Shown piece after piece: positions 9,936-20,266 of a stretch of 64,000 nt of DNA; position 1 is the stretch's first letter; each line of letters starts with the position of its first letter. The stretch lies in contig JAGGYF010000026.1 of the NCBI GenBank assembly GCA_021162685.1, positions 1 to 64,000 of the forward strand, in the 5' to 3' direction. A program made the translations under genes and the position numbers. The stretch comes from Candidatus Iainarchaeum sp. (lineage in GTDB: Archaea; B1Sed10-29; WALL01). Below the pieces are notes generated by a model. That model did no database searches. It saw nothing but the letters and a program-made list of their open reading frames with translations, and was not told the origin of the DNA.

Positions 9936-10583
9936 ATGTTTTTCCATATTATAGGTGTAGAGGCAGATATATTCAAAGCAAATAAGGAACTTGCTGAAAG
10001 AAACAGGATGCTCTTCAAAAAACATAATGTCAAAACAATAGATGTGATGGGTGCGATAGGCTCTGGAAAAACTGCCCTTATTGAGACAATGTCTCATCTG
10101 CTAAAAAAGAGAGGTATTAGGGTTGGGGCAATAACAGGGGATGTCGCAGGCGATGATGATGCAAAACGCCTGGAATCAATTGGTGTCCCAGTTGAAAACA
10201 TAAATACTGGGAAAGAGTGCCACTTAGATGCTCATCTTATACACCATGCCATTGAACACTTTGATTTAGATGCTATAGATGTTCTTTTTATTGAGAATGT
10301 TGGTAATCTTGTATGCCCAGCAGACTTCCAGCTTGGAACAGATATTAGATGTGTTGTTGTATCTGTAACAGAAGGAGACGATATGGTAAGAAAACATCCT
10401 GTAATATTTGGAACAAGTGATGTTGCTGTTGTAAATAAAATAGATCTGGCGGATGCTATGGGTGTTGACCTAAAACGAATTGAAGAAGATTTTAGAAAGA
10501 TAAAACCAAATGGCATACTTATTGAAACTTCTGTAAAGACTGGTGAGGGAATAGAAAAATTGATGGATGCGATGGGGTTATAA
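9936..10583 (+). CDS. hypB: Hydrogenase nickel incorporation GTPase HypB
   Basis: GAIGSGKT, ECHLDA, ENVGNLVCP and NKID motifs. Confidence 0.95.
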   Translation: MFFHIIGVEADIFKANKELAERNRMLFKKHNVKTIDVMGAIGSGKTALIETMSHLLKKRGIRVGAITGDVAGDDDAKRLESIGVPVENINTGKECHLDAHLIHHAIEHFDLDAIDVLFIENVGNLVCPADFQLGTDIRCVVVSVTEGDDMVRKHPVIFGTSDVAVVNKIDLADAMGVDLKRIEEDFRKIKPNGILIETSVKTGEGIEKLMDAMGL

Positions 10584-10951
10584 TGCACGAGTTCTCAACT
10601 GCACAGGGGATTGTTGAAACTGCCATACACTATGCTAAAAAAAACAAGGCAAAAAAAGTAAAAAAGGTGTTTCTTGAAATTGGGGAGCTCACGTTTCTAA
10701 ATGTTGAACAGTTAAAATTCTCCTATGACATATTGAGCAAAGATACCATACTAGACAACAGCGAATTAGTAGTAGAAGTAAAAAGTGCCACATATAAATG
10801 TATGAAATGCGGTGCAAGTGGGAAATTGGGGAAGATTGAAAATGAAGATCACTTTTCTATCCCCGTGTTTCATTGTCCAAAATGTGGAGGAGAGATAGAG
10901 ATTTTGTCTGGTAGGCAGTGCTTTATAAAGAATATGGAGATTGAGGTCTAA
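10583..10951 (+). CDS. hypA: Hydrogenase nickel metallochaperone HypA
   Basis: N-terminal MHE and two CxxC motifs. Confidence 0.95.
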   Translation: MHEFSTAQGIVETAIHYAKKNKAKKVKKVFLEIGELTFLNVEQLKFSYDILSKDTILDNSELVVEVKSATYKCMKCGASGKLGKIENEDHFSIPVFHCPKCGGEIEILSGRQCFIKNMEIEV

Positions 10952-11547
10952 TGTTTTCTCCTTCTAACAAAATTCTTTAATTCATTCTTTATCTCACTAA
11001 ATATCTTCTGTTCCCTTATCCTACCATAGAAGAGGAAGAGTATGCCCATAACTACACCAAACAGGGCAAACATATCTGGGCTGATAAATGTCAGCGAACT
11101 ATGAAGTATGAGATACCAAAACCCAAAAGAGATTGTGCTGCCCCACAATATTGAAAAAAAGGCTCTTATCCTGTTCAAACGTAGTGCGTATGAGATGAGG
11201 GCAGCCCACATAAAGCCGACTGAGAAGGAGACAAACGCAACAGAAAAATAATAGCCCAAGTGGCCAAACCTATTTGAGAATTTTTCAAAAATTCGCTCTG
11301 TATTGCTCTCTACCTCTCTTATTCTTTTGTTGGTGAATTCACAAAACCGCTCAATTATATATTGTCTGTGTAGTAATTCATATTCAAGGAGGTCAAGAAT
11401 AGAGAACAAGAGAACAATGAGAACAGAGTGAGTCATCAATGTCCATAAAAAGATCTGAAACAAATCCATGTGTGGCAATGCATAAGGAATAGCAACTGCT
11501 GGACCAAAGAAGTAGATTACGAACAAGAATTTGAGTATGAAATCCAT
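10948..11547 (-). CDS. Hypothetical multi-pass membrane protein
   Basis: Several hydrophobic segments separated by a soluble helix. Confidence 0.6.
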   Translation of the reverse strand: MDFILKFLFVIYFFGPAVAIPYALPHMDLFQIFLWTLMTHSVLIVLLFSILDLLEYELLHRQYIIERFCEFTNKRIREVESNTERIFEKFSNRFGHLGYYFSVAFVSFSVGFMWAALISYALRLNRIRAFFSILWGSTISFGFWYLILHSSLTFISPDMFALFGVVMGILFLFYGRIREQKIFSEIKNELKNFVRRRKH

Positions 11548-11584
11548 ATATCAAAGAAGGGAAATACTGTTTAAAAATGTTTCC

Positions 11585-12367
11585 TTAACACCACATTGGC
11601 CCTGGGTATCCCATTGTCCCTAATGTTAGTATGTGGAATACTATGAGTTTTATATGTCCTAAGAACGGAATCCAAAATATTTCTTTCCCAATAATGTCAG
11701 CATCAGTTACAGGTGTTGCAAGACAACCAGGCCAACCGACATCGCTCTCATTACATATTCTTGATATTGTGCTGGACAGTTTTGTGCATCTTTTTTCGTT
11801 TCCTATCTGCTCCCACTCAGCGCACTCTATTCTCACAGAATCCGGGAGTTTATTGGCATCGCCCTTTGTTATATAGAAGTTGCCATCTTTTGCTTTGACT
11901 TTTGCTATAACCCTATGTATTATCTGGATACCAGATGTTTTTGAGTTGTATACAATAATATCCCCAGTCTTTTCAACTGGCAGAGTTTGGCCATCCGGAA
12001 ATACTAGTGTCTTTGTCTCCTGGGTTATGTTGTTAGGGAGTATGGAATAATCAAATGTTGTGTTTAGGACAACAAGTGGAGCATGTATCTCATCAAAAGA
12101 TGCGCCGTGTAAAACTACGATGTCTCCAACATTTAATGTTCCTTTCATACTGCAGGATTGTACAATAACCGCTGGGGGGTATGCATTTAGTATCATAGGC
12201 AATATCACAAAGTATAGTAGAGCAGCAACACCAAAACCCACAATCCAATCAACCAGTTCTGCTTTCCAGCCACTCAATCCATATCTCCTTTTGATGATCT
12301 CAGCTGGATCGTATCGTTTTATTGTCCTCCATGTTGATTTTATTTTGTTAAGCATGCTATCCCTCAC
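11585..12367 (-). CDS. sec11: Signal peptidase I (Sec11/S26B)
   Basis: VQSCSM (catalytic Ser), GDIV, IIHRV (His) and ITKGDAN motifs. Confidence 0.85.
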   Translation of the reverse strand: MRDSMLNKIKSTWRTIKRYDPAEIIKRRYGLSGWKAELVDWIVGFGVAALLYFVILPMILNAYPPAVIVQSCSMKGTLNVGDIVVLHGASFDEIHAPLVVLNTTFDYSILPNNITQETKTLVFPDGQTLPVEKTGDIIVYNSKTSGIQIIHRVIAKVKAKDGNFYITKGDANKLPDSVRIECAEWEQIGNEKRCTKLSSTISRICNESDVGWPGCLATPVTDADIIGKEIFWIPFLGHIKLIVFHILTLGTMGYPGPMWC

Positions 12368-12933
12368 GGCCTTGCGGTGCTTTCACCTCTTGACACGCCT
12401 GTTGCAATTAAATGTGCAACTCTTATACATTCGGGCAAACTTGATCTGTCCAGCGAAACAGAGAGAAAATCTCTCGCCTCATCCTTTGTGCAGCCTATGT
12501 GTTGAAAATATATGTTTCTAAACTTATATACCGGACCAGACGACTTAATAAGTTTCCACTTATGGTCATGGTTAGGAACGTTTTTTAATGCCCTCTTTAT
12601 TAATCGCATGTTTGGTTTTTTTCTTGACACAACGACAACAGGAAGCCCTGTATTTTTATTCAGTGCGTTGATATCAACTACATTAAATCCACCAAATGCT
12701 ATACCGTCAAGGAAGATACAACGAAGTTGTCCCCTGTGTTTTGAGTGGTTTATCAATGTTGTTAGGTTGGTTGTTGCATCGTCTCCATCTATTTGGATAT
12801 ATGTTGATAATACTCCCTCAAGAACAGAACTTCCTCTTAGCACTGCTCCAACAACAATAACAGACGTATCTCTTTTCCTAAAAGAGCCATCATCGAAGCC
12901 AACAAATCTGACCTCTGATTTCAACATTATCAC
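12364..12933 (-). CDS. DUF99 family (endonuclease V-like) protein
   Basis: VGFDD, DGDDAT, LDGIAFGGFNVVD and PECIRVAHLIA motifs. Confidence 0.85.
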   Translation of the reverse strand: MIMLKSEVRFVGFDDGSFRKRDTSVIVVGAVLRGSSVLEGVLSTYIQIDGDDATTNLTTLINHSKHRGQLRCIFLDGIAFGGFNVVDINALNKNTGLPVVVVSRKKPNMRLIKRALKNVPNHDHKWKLIKSSGPVYKFRNIYFQHIGCTKDEARDFLSVSLDRSSLPECIRVAHLIATGVSRGESTARP

Positions 12934-13214
12934 TTCTTTTTTGCCTCTATCTTCTGTATGCCTCTTTTCAAACTTGCTAACTCTTTATCAATGATGTCTA
13001 GTGCGCCAAGAAGTGCCTTTTTTGGCGTGATGCCTTTACACTTTATGTATACCTTTGTATCACCAATAAGGGGGTGTTCTTTGTTATAAACAGCAACCTC
13101 CACCTTTGGGTTTTGGAGCAATGCCCAACATAAAAGTTGAGGAAATGTGTGCTGCTCCCCGGGTATCTCAAAGACCATTGTATCTTTTGTTTCCTTTAAG
13201 ACATTTATCTTCAT
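12930..13214 (-). CDS. rpoL: RNA polymerase subunit Rpo11/L
   Basis: GEQHTF and AVYNKEHPL motifs; downstream of csl4. Confidence 0.85.
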   Translation of the reverse strand: MKINVLKETKDTMVFEIPGEQHTFPQLLCWALLQNPKVEVAVYNKEHPLIGDTKVYIKCKGITPKKALLGALDIIDKELASLKRGIQKIEAKKK

Positions 13215-13223
13215 AATAACACC

Positions 13224-13793
13224 TCAATAAAGTTTTCCGCTTCCATAATCATCAGCTATTTTTCTCTCCTCTTTTGAACCACATACATCACAGATTAACT
13301 CTTTTCCTTCAAGACGTAACGGGTTTTTACATTTTGAACAATAAGCTTTTATCACACCAAGATGTTTTCCATCAAGTGTAAGAGAGATCGTTTGTTTATT
13401 CTCTTCCAAGATTTTGGCCCGTATTATGTCGCCTGCTCTAAGTTCATCTCTCATGGAGTTAACATATCCTCTTTTTACATGGCTTACATGAATAACTGTC
13501 TGTGTATCTGGCGGAGGAACATATCTGACTTCTTCTGTTTCTTTTGGAACGAGTGAGACAAACGCAACAGAATCCCTTACAAGATTAACGATGCCAACAA
13601 CTATTAGCCCCCTATGCATAAGTGTAGATGTCTGCATCTTGCCTTTTACTCTCACTACTCTCTTATTGTAATCAATGTCCACAGAGCCAATATTTGAAGC
13701 AAGTACCTTTCCATCACTAACAAATGCTCCCTTACCTGGTAGAAACTCCTCTTCCTCTGCAATAAAGTCCCCTGGGAAAACTATGTCTGCCAT
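13224..13793 (-). CDS. csl4: Exosome RNA-binding subunit Csl4
   Basis: VFPGDFIA..EEF, S1 domain (IHVS, GDIIRAK) and C-terminal Zn ribbon ending ERKIADDY. Confidence 0.9.
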   Translation of the reverse strand: MADIVFPGDFIAEEEEFLPGKGAFVSDGKVLASNIGSVDIDYNKRVVRVKGKMQTSTLMHRGLIVVGIVNLVRDSVAFVSLVPKETEEVRYVPPPDTQTVIHVSHVKRGYVNSMRDELRAGDIIRAKILEENKQTISLTLDGKHLGVIKAYCSKCKNPLRLEGKELICDVCGSKEERKIADDYGSGKLY

Positions 13794-13849
13794 GTTATCG
13801 CCAAAAACAGCGCTATATTTATACAACACATCATTTATAAAAGGTATAT

Positions 13850-14674
13850 ATGGATACTGTATTCACTGATGCCTATCTTGAGCATGATATGGGGGGCCAT
13901 CCGGAGAATAAACATAGGCTAGATGCTGTACTCAGATGGATGGAAAAAAATAGAATAGAACGCATAAAACCAGAAAATGGAGAAAAATATTTGGAAATTG
14001 TGCACAGCAGAGCACATATCTCACATATAAAGCATTGTAAACCAGGATTTATTGATGCTGATACCTACATAACAGAAAAGAGTTATGAGGTAGCATGTCT
14101 TGCTGTGGGTGGAGCAGTGACTGCTGCGGAGAATGAGGCATTTGCCATTGTCAGACCCCCTGGCCATCATGCAACAAGGGATAGAGCAGGAGGATTTTGC
14201 ATATTCAACAACATTGCTATTGCAAGTATATGGCTGAACAAACGCGTTTTTATCATAGATTTTGATGCGCATCATGGGAATGGCACACAAGATATAGTGA
14301 TGGGGAACGAAAATATAATGTATTTTAGCACACATCAGAGCCCATTATATCCTGGAACCGGACTTGAAAGCAAGGAGAATTGTATAAATGTACCATTACA
14401 TCCAGAGACGAATGATAATACATATATCAAAATAATTGATAAAGTGCTGAAACCTGCTATTGAGTCATTTAATCCAGAGTATATTGCTGTTTCTGCTGGG
14501 TTTGATAGCTACTACAAAGACTATGGGTGGCTAACACAGTTACGGCTTACCCAGAAGAGTTATAGGAAAATATGCGAGGTAATAAAGCCGTATAAATCAT
14601 TCTTTGTGCTTGAGGGAGGATACAACCCAGAATCCATAAAAGAAGGCGTTGAATCAATCATAGGGTATTTATAG
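13850..14674 (+). CDS. Histone deacetylase-family (Zn) deacetylase
   Basis: HPE, RPPGHHA, GFCIFNN, DAHHGNGT and LEGGY motifs. Confidence 0.92.
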   Translation: MDTVFTDAYLEHDMGGHPENKHRLDAVLRWMEKNRIERIKPENGEKYLEIVHSRAHISHIKHCKPGFIDADTYITEKSYEVACLAVGGAVTAAENEAFAIVRPPGHHATRDRAGGFCIFNNIAIASIWLNKRVFIIDFDAHHGNGTQDIVMGNENIMYFSTHQSPLYPGTGLESKENCINVPLHPETNDNTYIKIIDKVLKPAIESFNPEYIAVSAGFDSYYKDYGWLTQLRLTQKSYRKICEVIKPYKSFFVLEGGYNPESIKEGVESIIGYL

Positions 14675-14697
14675 GGGAATATCATTAGTATAGAGTA

Positions 14698-15516
14698 ATG
14701 CTTGAATCACTCATAAATCCAGAGGTAGCTGAAAAAAGGCCTTATGAGGTTATGTTTTTAGCGTTTATCATGGCTGTTGTTTCGATGGGTATGGCTACAC
14801 TTGTTGGGAGAGGAGCAGAAGTTAGCCATCTTGCTGTTGCATTCATATGTATTGGAGCAGCCCCATTGATGGTACATGCAATAAGACTGGAAGCAAAAGA
14901 AGATGAACTATTTGAGAATGAAAGCGAATTCAATATATTGCACAGGCATGGTGACATGCTTGAGATATATGGGTATTATTTTCTTGGTGTTATCCTCGCC
15001 TTTTCTCTTATGTATGTAATATTGCCTTCCCAACCAGCATACAATTTATTTGCTGCACAGTCAAATGAATTGAATATCATTCATGATATGCGTGGCACTG
15101 GTAACGTTGCAAAGCCGTGCGGCTTTTTCTGCATATTCCAAAACAACTTAGAGGTGCTTATCTTAGCAACAATCTTTTCATTTGTGTTTGGTGCTGGTGC
15201 AGTATACATTATAACATGGAACGCAAGCATTGTTGGTGTATTTGTAGGTATAATGGCAAAAGAACTCGCTGCAAAACAGGGATACAATGTGGTTATGGCA
15301 TACCTCATTGCCCTGCCTGTTGCACTTATCTCATTATTCCCTCATGGTATATTTGAGATAGGAGCCTACTTTTTTGGTGGACTGGCAGGAGGGATGCTCT
15401 CTGCATCGCTTTTGAGAGGGAAACTCGGAAAAAAGGTTGTTATTAGAGATATAGCCACTATGTTCCTACTAGCTGTTCTGTTTGTTGCAATAGGTGCAGT
15501 AATAGAAACAAGTTAG
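14698..15516 (+). CDS. SpoIIM/DUF95-family membrane protein
   Basis: IFQNN, WNAS, PHGIFE and terminal GAVIE motifs. Confidence 0.8.
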   Translation: MLESLINPEVAEKRPYEVMFLAFIMAVVSMGMATLVGRGAEVSHLAVAFICIGAAPLMVHAIRLEAKEDELFENESEFNILHRHGDMLEIYGYYFLGVILAFSLMYVILPSQPAYNLFAAQSNELNIIHDMRGTGNVAKPCGFFCIFQNNLEVLILATIFSFVFGAGAVYIITWNASIVGVFVGIMAKELAAKQGYNVVMAYLIALPVALISLFPHGIFEIGAYFFGGLAGGMLSASLLRGKLGKKVVIRDIATMFLLAVLFVAIGAVIETS

Positions 15517-15959
15517 AGTATTAGCTCAAAAACGCCCATAGAAACCATAGTTACAATCACGCCAGCAATGACAACACCAGCAGCAATTGCATTAAATGCC
15601 TTTCTCTTCGGCATTCCGAGGATGTAAGCAGCAACCGCGCCCGTGTATGCACCAGAACCTGGAAGAGGGATTGAAACAAAGATTAATAGGCCGATAGGCC
15701 CCCACCTCATAATGTATGGCCTTACCTTTTTGTGTATAGCATATATCCGCTTGCGGATAGGTTCGTATTGTTCAATATAGAAAAACGCGTGGTCCAGAAA
15801 CCAAAAAAGTGGGATAACGAGGAGGACATTTGTAGACACACAGATAAAGAATACAGCTAATGGATTGATGCCCATTGAGATACCTAACGGTATTGAGCCC
15901 CTTAATTCAAGCCAAGGTATCAATGTGGTCAAAATCAGATAGATAAATTTGTCCATCAT
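15513..15959 (-). CDS. COG2426 putative small multidrug export protein
   Basis: PWLELRGSIP and FVSIPLPGSGAYTG motifs. Confidence 0.85.
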   Translation of the reverse strand: MMDKFIYLILTTLIPWLELRGSIPLGISMGINPLAVFFICVSTNVLLVIPLFWFLDHAFFYIEQYEPIRKRIYAIHKKVRPYIMRWGPIGLLIFVSIPLPGSGAYTGAVAAYILGMPKRKAFNAIAAGVVIAGVIVTMVSMGVFELIL

Positions 15960-17015
15960 CTACTTCTTCCTCTTATATTTTGATGCTCTCCTCTTCAAGT
16001 CATCAAGAATATCTTTTGTAGAGATGGGTGTTCCCTCTCTTGTCTTCTCCAGAACAAACTCATCATATTTCTCTCTTAGGTCCTTCTCTATACGTTCTAC
16101 TTCTTTCTTTGATGCTCCCTGCCCTAGTCGCTCAGCAAGATGTGTAAGCTCCAATGGGAATATAATCTTTGACGACCTTCCCTCAGCAACCTTTTGTAAT
16201 GCTTGAAGATAGAGGTACTGCAATGCTGGATCGTTGAGCTTTCCTGCTGCTTCCTTTATTGCCTCTATTTTTATTGCTTGTGCTTGTGCCTCCTGCTGCG
16301 CAGCATACTTAAGCTCCTCTGCCCTTTTCCTCTTATGCATTGCATCCATAACCTCTGATGGCAACTCAACGGCTTGTATCTCTACCTTAACAGACTCAAT
16401 ACCCCAATCCTTGCTTATACGTTCAAGACCCCTATGCAACAACTCGTTTATCAGATTTACCTGGGAGATAACTGCCTCAAGCTCCATCTTACCCACTACA
16501 TCTCTCAGATGTGCCCGTATATAATCTGTAACTGCCTTCTTTGGATTTTCAATATTTAGTACTGCTGCTTTTGGGTCAACAATCTTTATGAATGTAATGG
16601 CGTCAATCTTCAACTTTATGTTGTCCTTTGTGACAACCTCCTGTGGCGCAATATCCACTGTTGTTACCCTAAGGTCAACAATATAGGGTTCATCAATAAA
16701 AGGGATAAGAAAAACCCATCCAGGACCAGCGACCTTATGAAATTTTCCGTATCTGAGGATTACTGCACGCTCATATTCATTTAACTGGATAACAAGTGGT
16801 GGGCTTCTTGTGTACACTATTGCTAAGATAACGAGTATGCCCAAAAGAAACATGGAAGGAGCAAGGAGATTGTATATGTATAATACAACAAGTGCAATTA
16901 TGATGATGGCAATAATAAAAAGGAATACACCAACTTCCCTGCTCATCTTAGGTCCAACACGTCTGACAACAGGCTGTATTGGGCCTTTTGCTGGCGATTT
17001 TGAGACTTTCATCAT
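15960..17015 (-). CDS. SPFH/stomatin-like protein
   Basis: EYERAVILRYGK, VDLRVTTVDIAPQEVVTKDN, coiled coil and KIIFPLEL. Confidence 0.9.
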   Translation of the reverse strand: MMKVSKSPAKGPIQPVVRRVGPKMSREVGVFLFIIAIIIIALVVLYIYNLLAPSMFLLGILVILAIVYTRSPPLVIQLNEYERAVILRYGKFHKVAGPGWVFLIPFIDEPYIVDLRVTTVDIAPQEVVTKDNIKLKIDAITFIKIVDPKAAVLNIENPKKAVTDYIRAHLRDVVGKMELEAVISQVNLINELLHRGLERISKDWGIESVKVEIQAVELPSEVMDAMHKRKRAEELKYAAQQEAQAQAIKIEAIKEAAGKLNDPALQYLYLQALQKVAEGRSSKIIFPLELTHLAERLGQGASKKEVERIEKDLREKYDEFVLEKTREGTPISTKDILDDLKRRASKYKRKK

Positions 17016-17074
17016 GCCACCAAGTATTTAAAAGGAGTAAGTATATAAAAATGTTGTACTTTAAGGGGAACTAT

Positions 17075-18361
17075 ATGAAGAAAACGCTCGTATTGTGCGT
17101 GGACAGAGATGATGACCTCGGGAAAAAAGCAAAAAAGAAAGGTCCATTTATTGGGGAGAAGGCATGTCTTAAGGCTGCAGAAGCGTTAGCACTAGCAGAC
17201 CCAACAGAATCAGATATAAACGCCATATATATGGCAGTTAAGATCTATCGCGAGATGAAGAAAGCTGGTGAAGATGTAGAAGTTGCAACACTTGCAGGTC
17301 ATAGTTCAAGAGGGTACCTAGCAGACAAACGTATTGTTGAACAGCTTGAAGAGCTGCTTGGAAAATATAAATTCACAGATATTGCATTTGTAAGCGATGG
17401 AGCAGATGATGAACAACTGCTTCCAATCCTCCAGAGCAGAGCAAAGGTTTCAAGTGTCCATACTGTTATTGTTAAGCAAGCAAAGGAACTTGAGAAGAGC
17501 TATTATGTAATAAAGGAATTGCTTAGAGACCCACATTTTGCACGCCTTGCCTTTGGGCTACCTGGTGTTGTGTTAGCAATATATGGGATTGTAAATCTCT
17601 TGGGCATACAGCACATATCCATAAATCTTATATTGGGGCTAGTAGGAACGTATCTTATATTGAAAGGTTTTGGTATAGAGGATGCACTTGTAGGAGCATT
17701 CAACACATTCAGAAAAACCACATCTATTGAAAGAGCATCATTCCCGCTCTACCTCGCATCATTTTTCATGTTACTGTTATCTGTGTGGGCAGGTATAGAC
17801 ACAGTAGGTATCACAGGAAAGAGCATTGCCCAAAATGTCACAGTGCAGGTCGGAAACAGGATGATTATTGCTGTTGCATCGTTCTTTAATGGATTTATTG
17901 GATTGTTTACAGTTGCTGCAATTTTATTCTTGGCTGGGAGAATTGGGGATATGTACTACAAAAAAGAGTACCATAGAATCAGGAAGTATGCAAGAAGCAT
18001 CGTGTCTATGATTGCTTTCTATATCATTATGGACCAAGCAACAAGGTTTGTTCTCTATTGGACAAATGCCACACAAATGGGGCCAACATTCTCTGACCTT
18101 CTTGTAAGTGTTGGAGTGTCCTTCCTCATAACTGTTGTTGGTTTTGTTGTTGTGAGTTATGTATACACAAAAAGGTATGTTTCAAAGAGGATGAAAAAAG
18201 GGTTAGAGGTAAAAGATATAGATGGAAAAAGTATTGGGAAGGTTGTTGCAGTTGACCACAAAAATCAATCGTTTGCATATGTACATGACAAGGAGAAAAA
18301 GGTATTAGGATTTAACAAAGTCCTCGTTGTCAAGGATAACTACGTGATTATATCAGGTTAA
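17075..18361 (+). CDS. DUF373-family membrane protein with C-terminal PRC-barrel-like domain
   Basis: [26 protein letters not shown] and [14 protein letters not shown] motifs; multi-TM; tail [15 protein letters not shown]. Confidence 0.8.
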   Translation: MKKTLVLCVDRDDDLGKKAKKKGPFIGEKACLKAAEALALADPTESDINAIYMAVKIYREMKKAGEDVEVATLAGHSSRGYLADKRIVEQLEELLGKYKFTDIAFVSDGADDEQLLPILQSRAKVSSVHTVIVKQAKELEKSYYVIKELLRDPHFARLAFGLPGVVLAIYGIVNLLGIQHISINLILGLVGTYLILKGFGIEDALVGAFNTFRKTTSIERASFPLYLASFFMLLLSVWAGIDTVGITGKSIAQNVTVQVGNRMIIAVASFFNGFIGLFTVAAILFLAGRIGDMYYKKEYHRIRKYARSIVSMIAFYIIMDQATRFVLYWTNATQMGPTFSDLLVSVGVSFLITVVGFVVVSYVYTKRYVSKRMKKGLEVKDIDGKSIGKVVAVDHKNQSFAYVHDKEKKVLGFNKVLVVKDNYVIISG

Positions 18362-20227
18362 TATACGTTTTATCTTCTTTAACAATTGTTTCTTCTTTCT
18401 TGATTTCACAAGAGCAGCATCTAAAACCTCATATATATTTGATGCTGTAATGACCTTTATCCTTTTTTTCTGTTCTTTGGAGAGGAGGACGTCTCCCTTG
18501 TTTGCTTCTGGTATAACGACTGTTTTTATTCCTGCATCAATAGCTGCTTCAACCTTTTGTGTTATGCCACCAACAGGAAGTACCTCTCCCTTAACACTCA
18601 ATGAACCTGTCATAGCAACACTTTGGTCTATCTTAACATTTTCAAGCGCAGAAATCAAAGCAGTTGCAACAGATACACTTGCAGAATCCCCCTCAACGCC
18701 CTCATATGTTTGTAGGAATTGAACATGTATGTCCCTCTTGGATATGTCTGTTCCTTTACACTTCTTTATAATAACTGAAACATTTTGTATTGCCTCCTTA
18801 GCGATATCTCCAAGTTTACCTGTGGCTATGATCTTACCCTCACTTTTTGACATACCAGGAGAAACCTCTGCCTCAATAGGAAGCACAAGGCCTGCATCAC
18901 CCATCACTGCCAAGCCATTCACTTTTCCGACCCTTGACCCAGAAACAGTAAATATCTCGTATTCCTTCTTCATCGTTATGTATTTATCTGCAATCTGTTG
19001 TTCCATTGTCCTTGCAATCTTCTTTGCCTTCTCTATATGCTCTGGTGTAACATACTTAGCACCCTCGCTTTTCGCAATGTCTCCTGCTGCCCTAACAAGA
19101 CCACCAAGCTCCCTCAACTTTACAGTCAATTTCCCTCTCCTCCCTGCTCGCTTCCTTGCCTCTATAATGATAGCAATCACTGCATCTCTTGTAAAGTGAG
19201 GTATCTTTCCATCCTTTACTACCTCCTGAGCAACAAATTGTGCGAGTTTCCTCCTATTCTCTAAGGTGTCTGGCATCGTGTCGTTTAGGTATACTTCATA
19301 TCCATATCCTCTTATCCTGGAACGTAGTGCTGGATGCATCTTTCTAAGGTCTAGGAGATTGCCAGCTGCAACAAGGACAAAATCGCATGGTACAGGTTCT
19401 GTATGCACCATTGCTCCTGAGCTTAATTCAGATTGTCCAGTTATACTGTACCTTTTCTCTTGCATAGCAGTTAGCAATTCTTGTTGTGACTTAGGGGAAA
19501 GCGTTGATATCTCATCAACAAAAAGTACTCCTTTATTTGCTTTGTGTATCATACCTGCCTCAACCCTCAGATGTGGGGGTGTTCCTAAGCCTCCTGATTG
19601 GAGAGGGTCATGCCTAACATCCCCGAGGAGCGCGCCTGCTTTTGCTCCTGTTGCATCAACAAATGGAGCATGTGTCTTCTCACTATTATCAACTATAACT
19701 CGTGGTGCATTGCTCCTGGAGAATGTTCTGAGTTGCATGCCTATTACAATACTCATGCCAAGAAGTCCTGCGACAACTAGTGATGCTGCTGCCATCATCT
19801 CGCTTATCCACCCTAATCTGAGAAAGACCCAGGGAATAGAAAGCATGAAGAGGAACATGATGAACGCAACTGTCTGTCTATGATTGCCTGCTGATAATGT
19901 CTCAAGATTTTCCTTCTCAACAATCTTTCTTCCTTCGCCTGCTTTTACTGCTTTTATTAGTGGCCTGTTCGGATCCTTTGGATTAGGATAAACAAGAATA
20001 TCCACAAGCTCTTCAACAGGGAGAAGTTCTGCCATAGCCATTGCTAACATGCTCTTTCCTGTCCCAGGATCTCCCAGAAGAAAAACGTTTCTTCTCTGTT
20101 TTGCTGCTTTTTTTACAATCTCAACTCCTCTCTCCTGACCTATCACTTGGTCTATTGTTTTCTTAGGTACTGGAATCTCTTCTGTTGTCCTGAACTCTAT
20201 ATCCAACTCTTTCTCTTTTCTCCTCAT
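18353..20227 (-). CDS. lonB: Archaeal Lon protease (LonB)
   Basis: Walker A GDPGTGKS, two TM segments, DEI Walker B, GDSAS catalytic Ser and PVGGITQK. Confidence 0.95.
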   Translation of the reverse strand: MRRKEKELDIEFRTTEEIPVPKKTIDQVIGQERGVEIVKKAAKQRRNVFLLGDPGTGKSMLAMAMAELLPVEELVDILVYPNPKDPNRPLIKAVKAGEGRKIVEKENLETLSAGNHRQTVAFIMFLFMLSIPWVFLRLGWISEMMAAASLVVAGLLGMSIVIGMQLRTFSRSNAPRVIVDNSEKTHAPFVDATGAKAGALLGDVRHDPLQSGGLGTPPHLRVEAGMIHKANKGVLFVDEISTLSPKSQQELLTAMQEKRYSITGQSELSSGAMVHTEPVPCDFVLVAAGNLLDLRKMHPALRSRIRGYGYEVYLNDTMPDTLENRRKLAQFVAQEVVKDGKIPHFTRDAVIAIIIEARKRAGRRGKLTVKLRELGGLVRAAGDIAKSEGAKYVTPEHIEKAKKIARTMEQQIADKYITMKKEYEIFTVSGSRVGKVNGLAVMGDAGLVLPIEAEVSPGMSKSEGKIIATGKLGDIAKEAIQNVSVIIKKCKGTDISKRDIHVQFLQTYEGVEGDSASVSVATALISALENVKIDQSVAMTGSLSVKGEVLPVGGITQKVEAAIDAGIKTVVIPEANKGDVLLSKEQKKRIKVITASNIYEVLDAALVKSRKKKQLLKKIKRILT

Positions 20228-20266
20228 TGATAACACTTTTATATTGTTTTATTCATAAACCTTTTG

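Noticed and set aside
19266-19883. Long antisense ORFs (e.g. 205 aa opposite lonB, 214 aa opposite cdc48, 182 aa opposite topA)
   Set aside because: Shadow frames of well-supported genes, with Ser/Phe/Ile-rich composition and no motifs.
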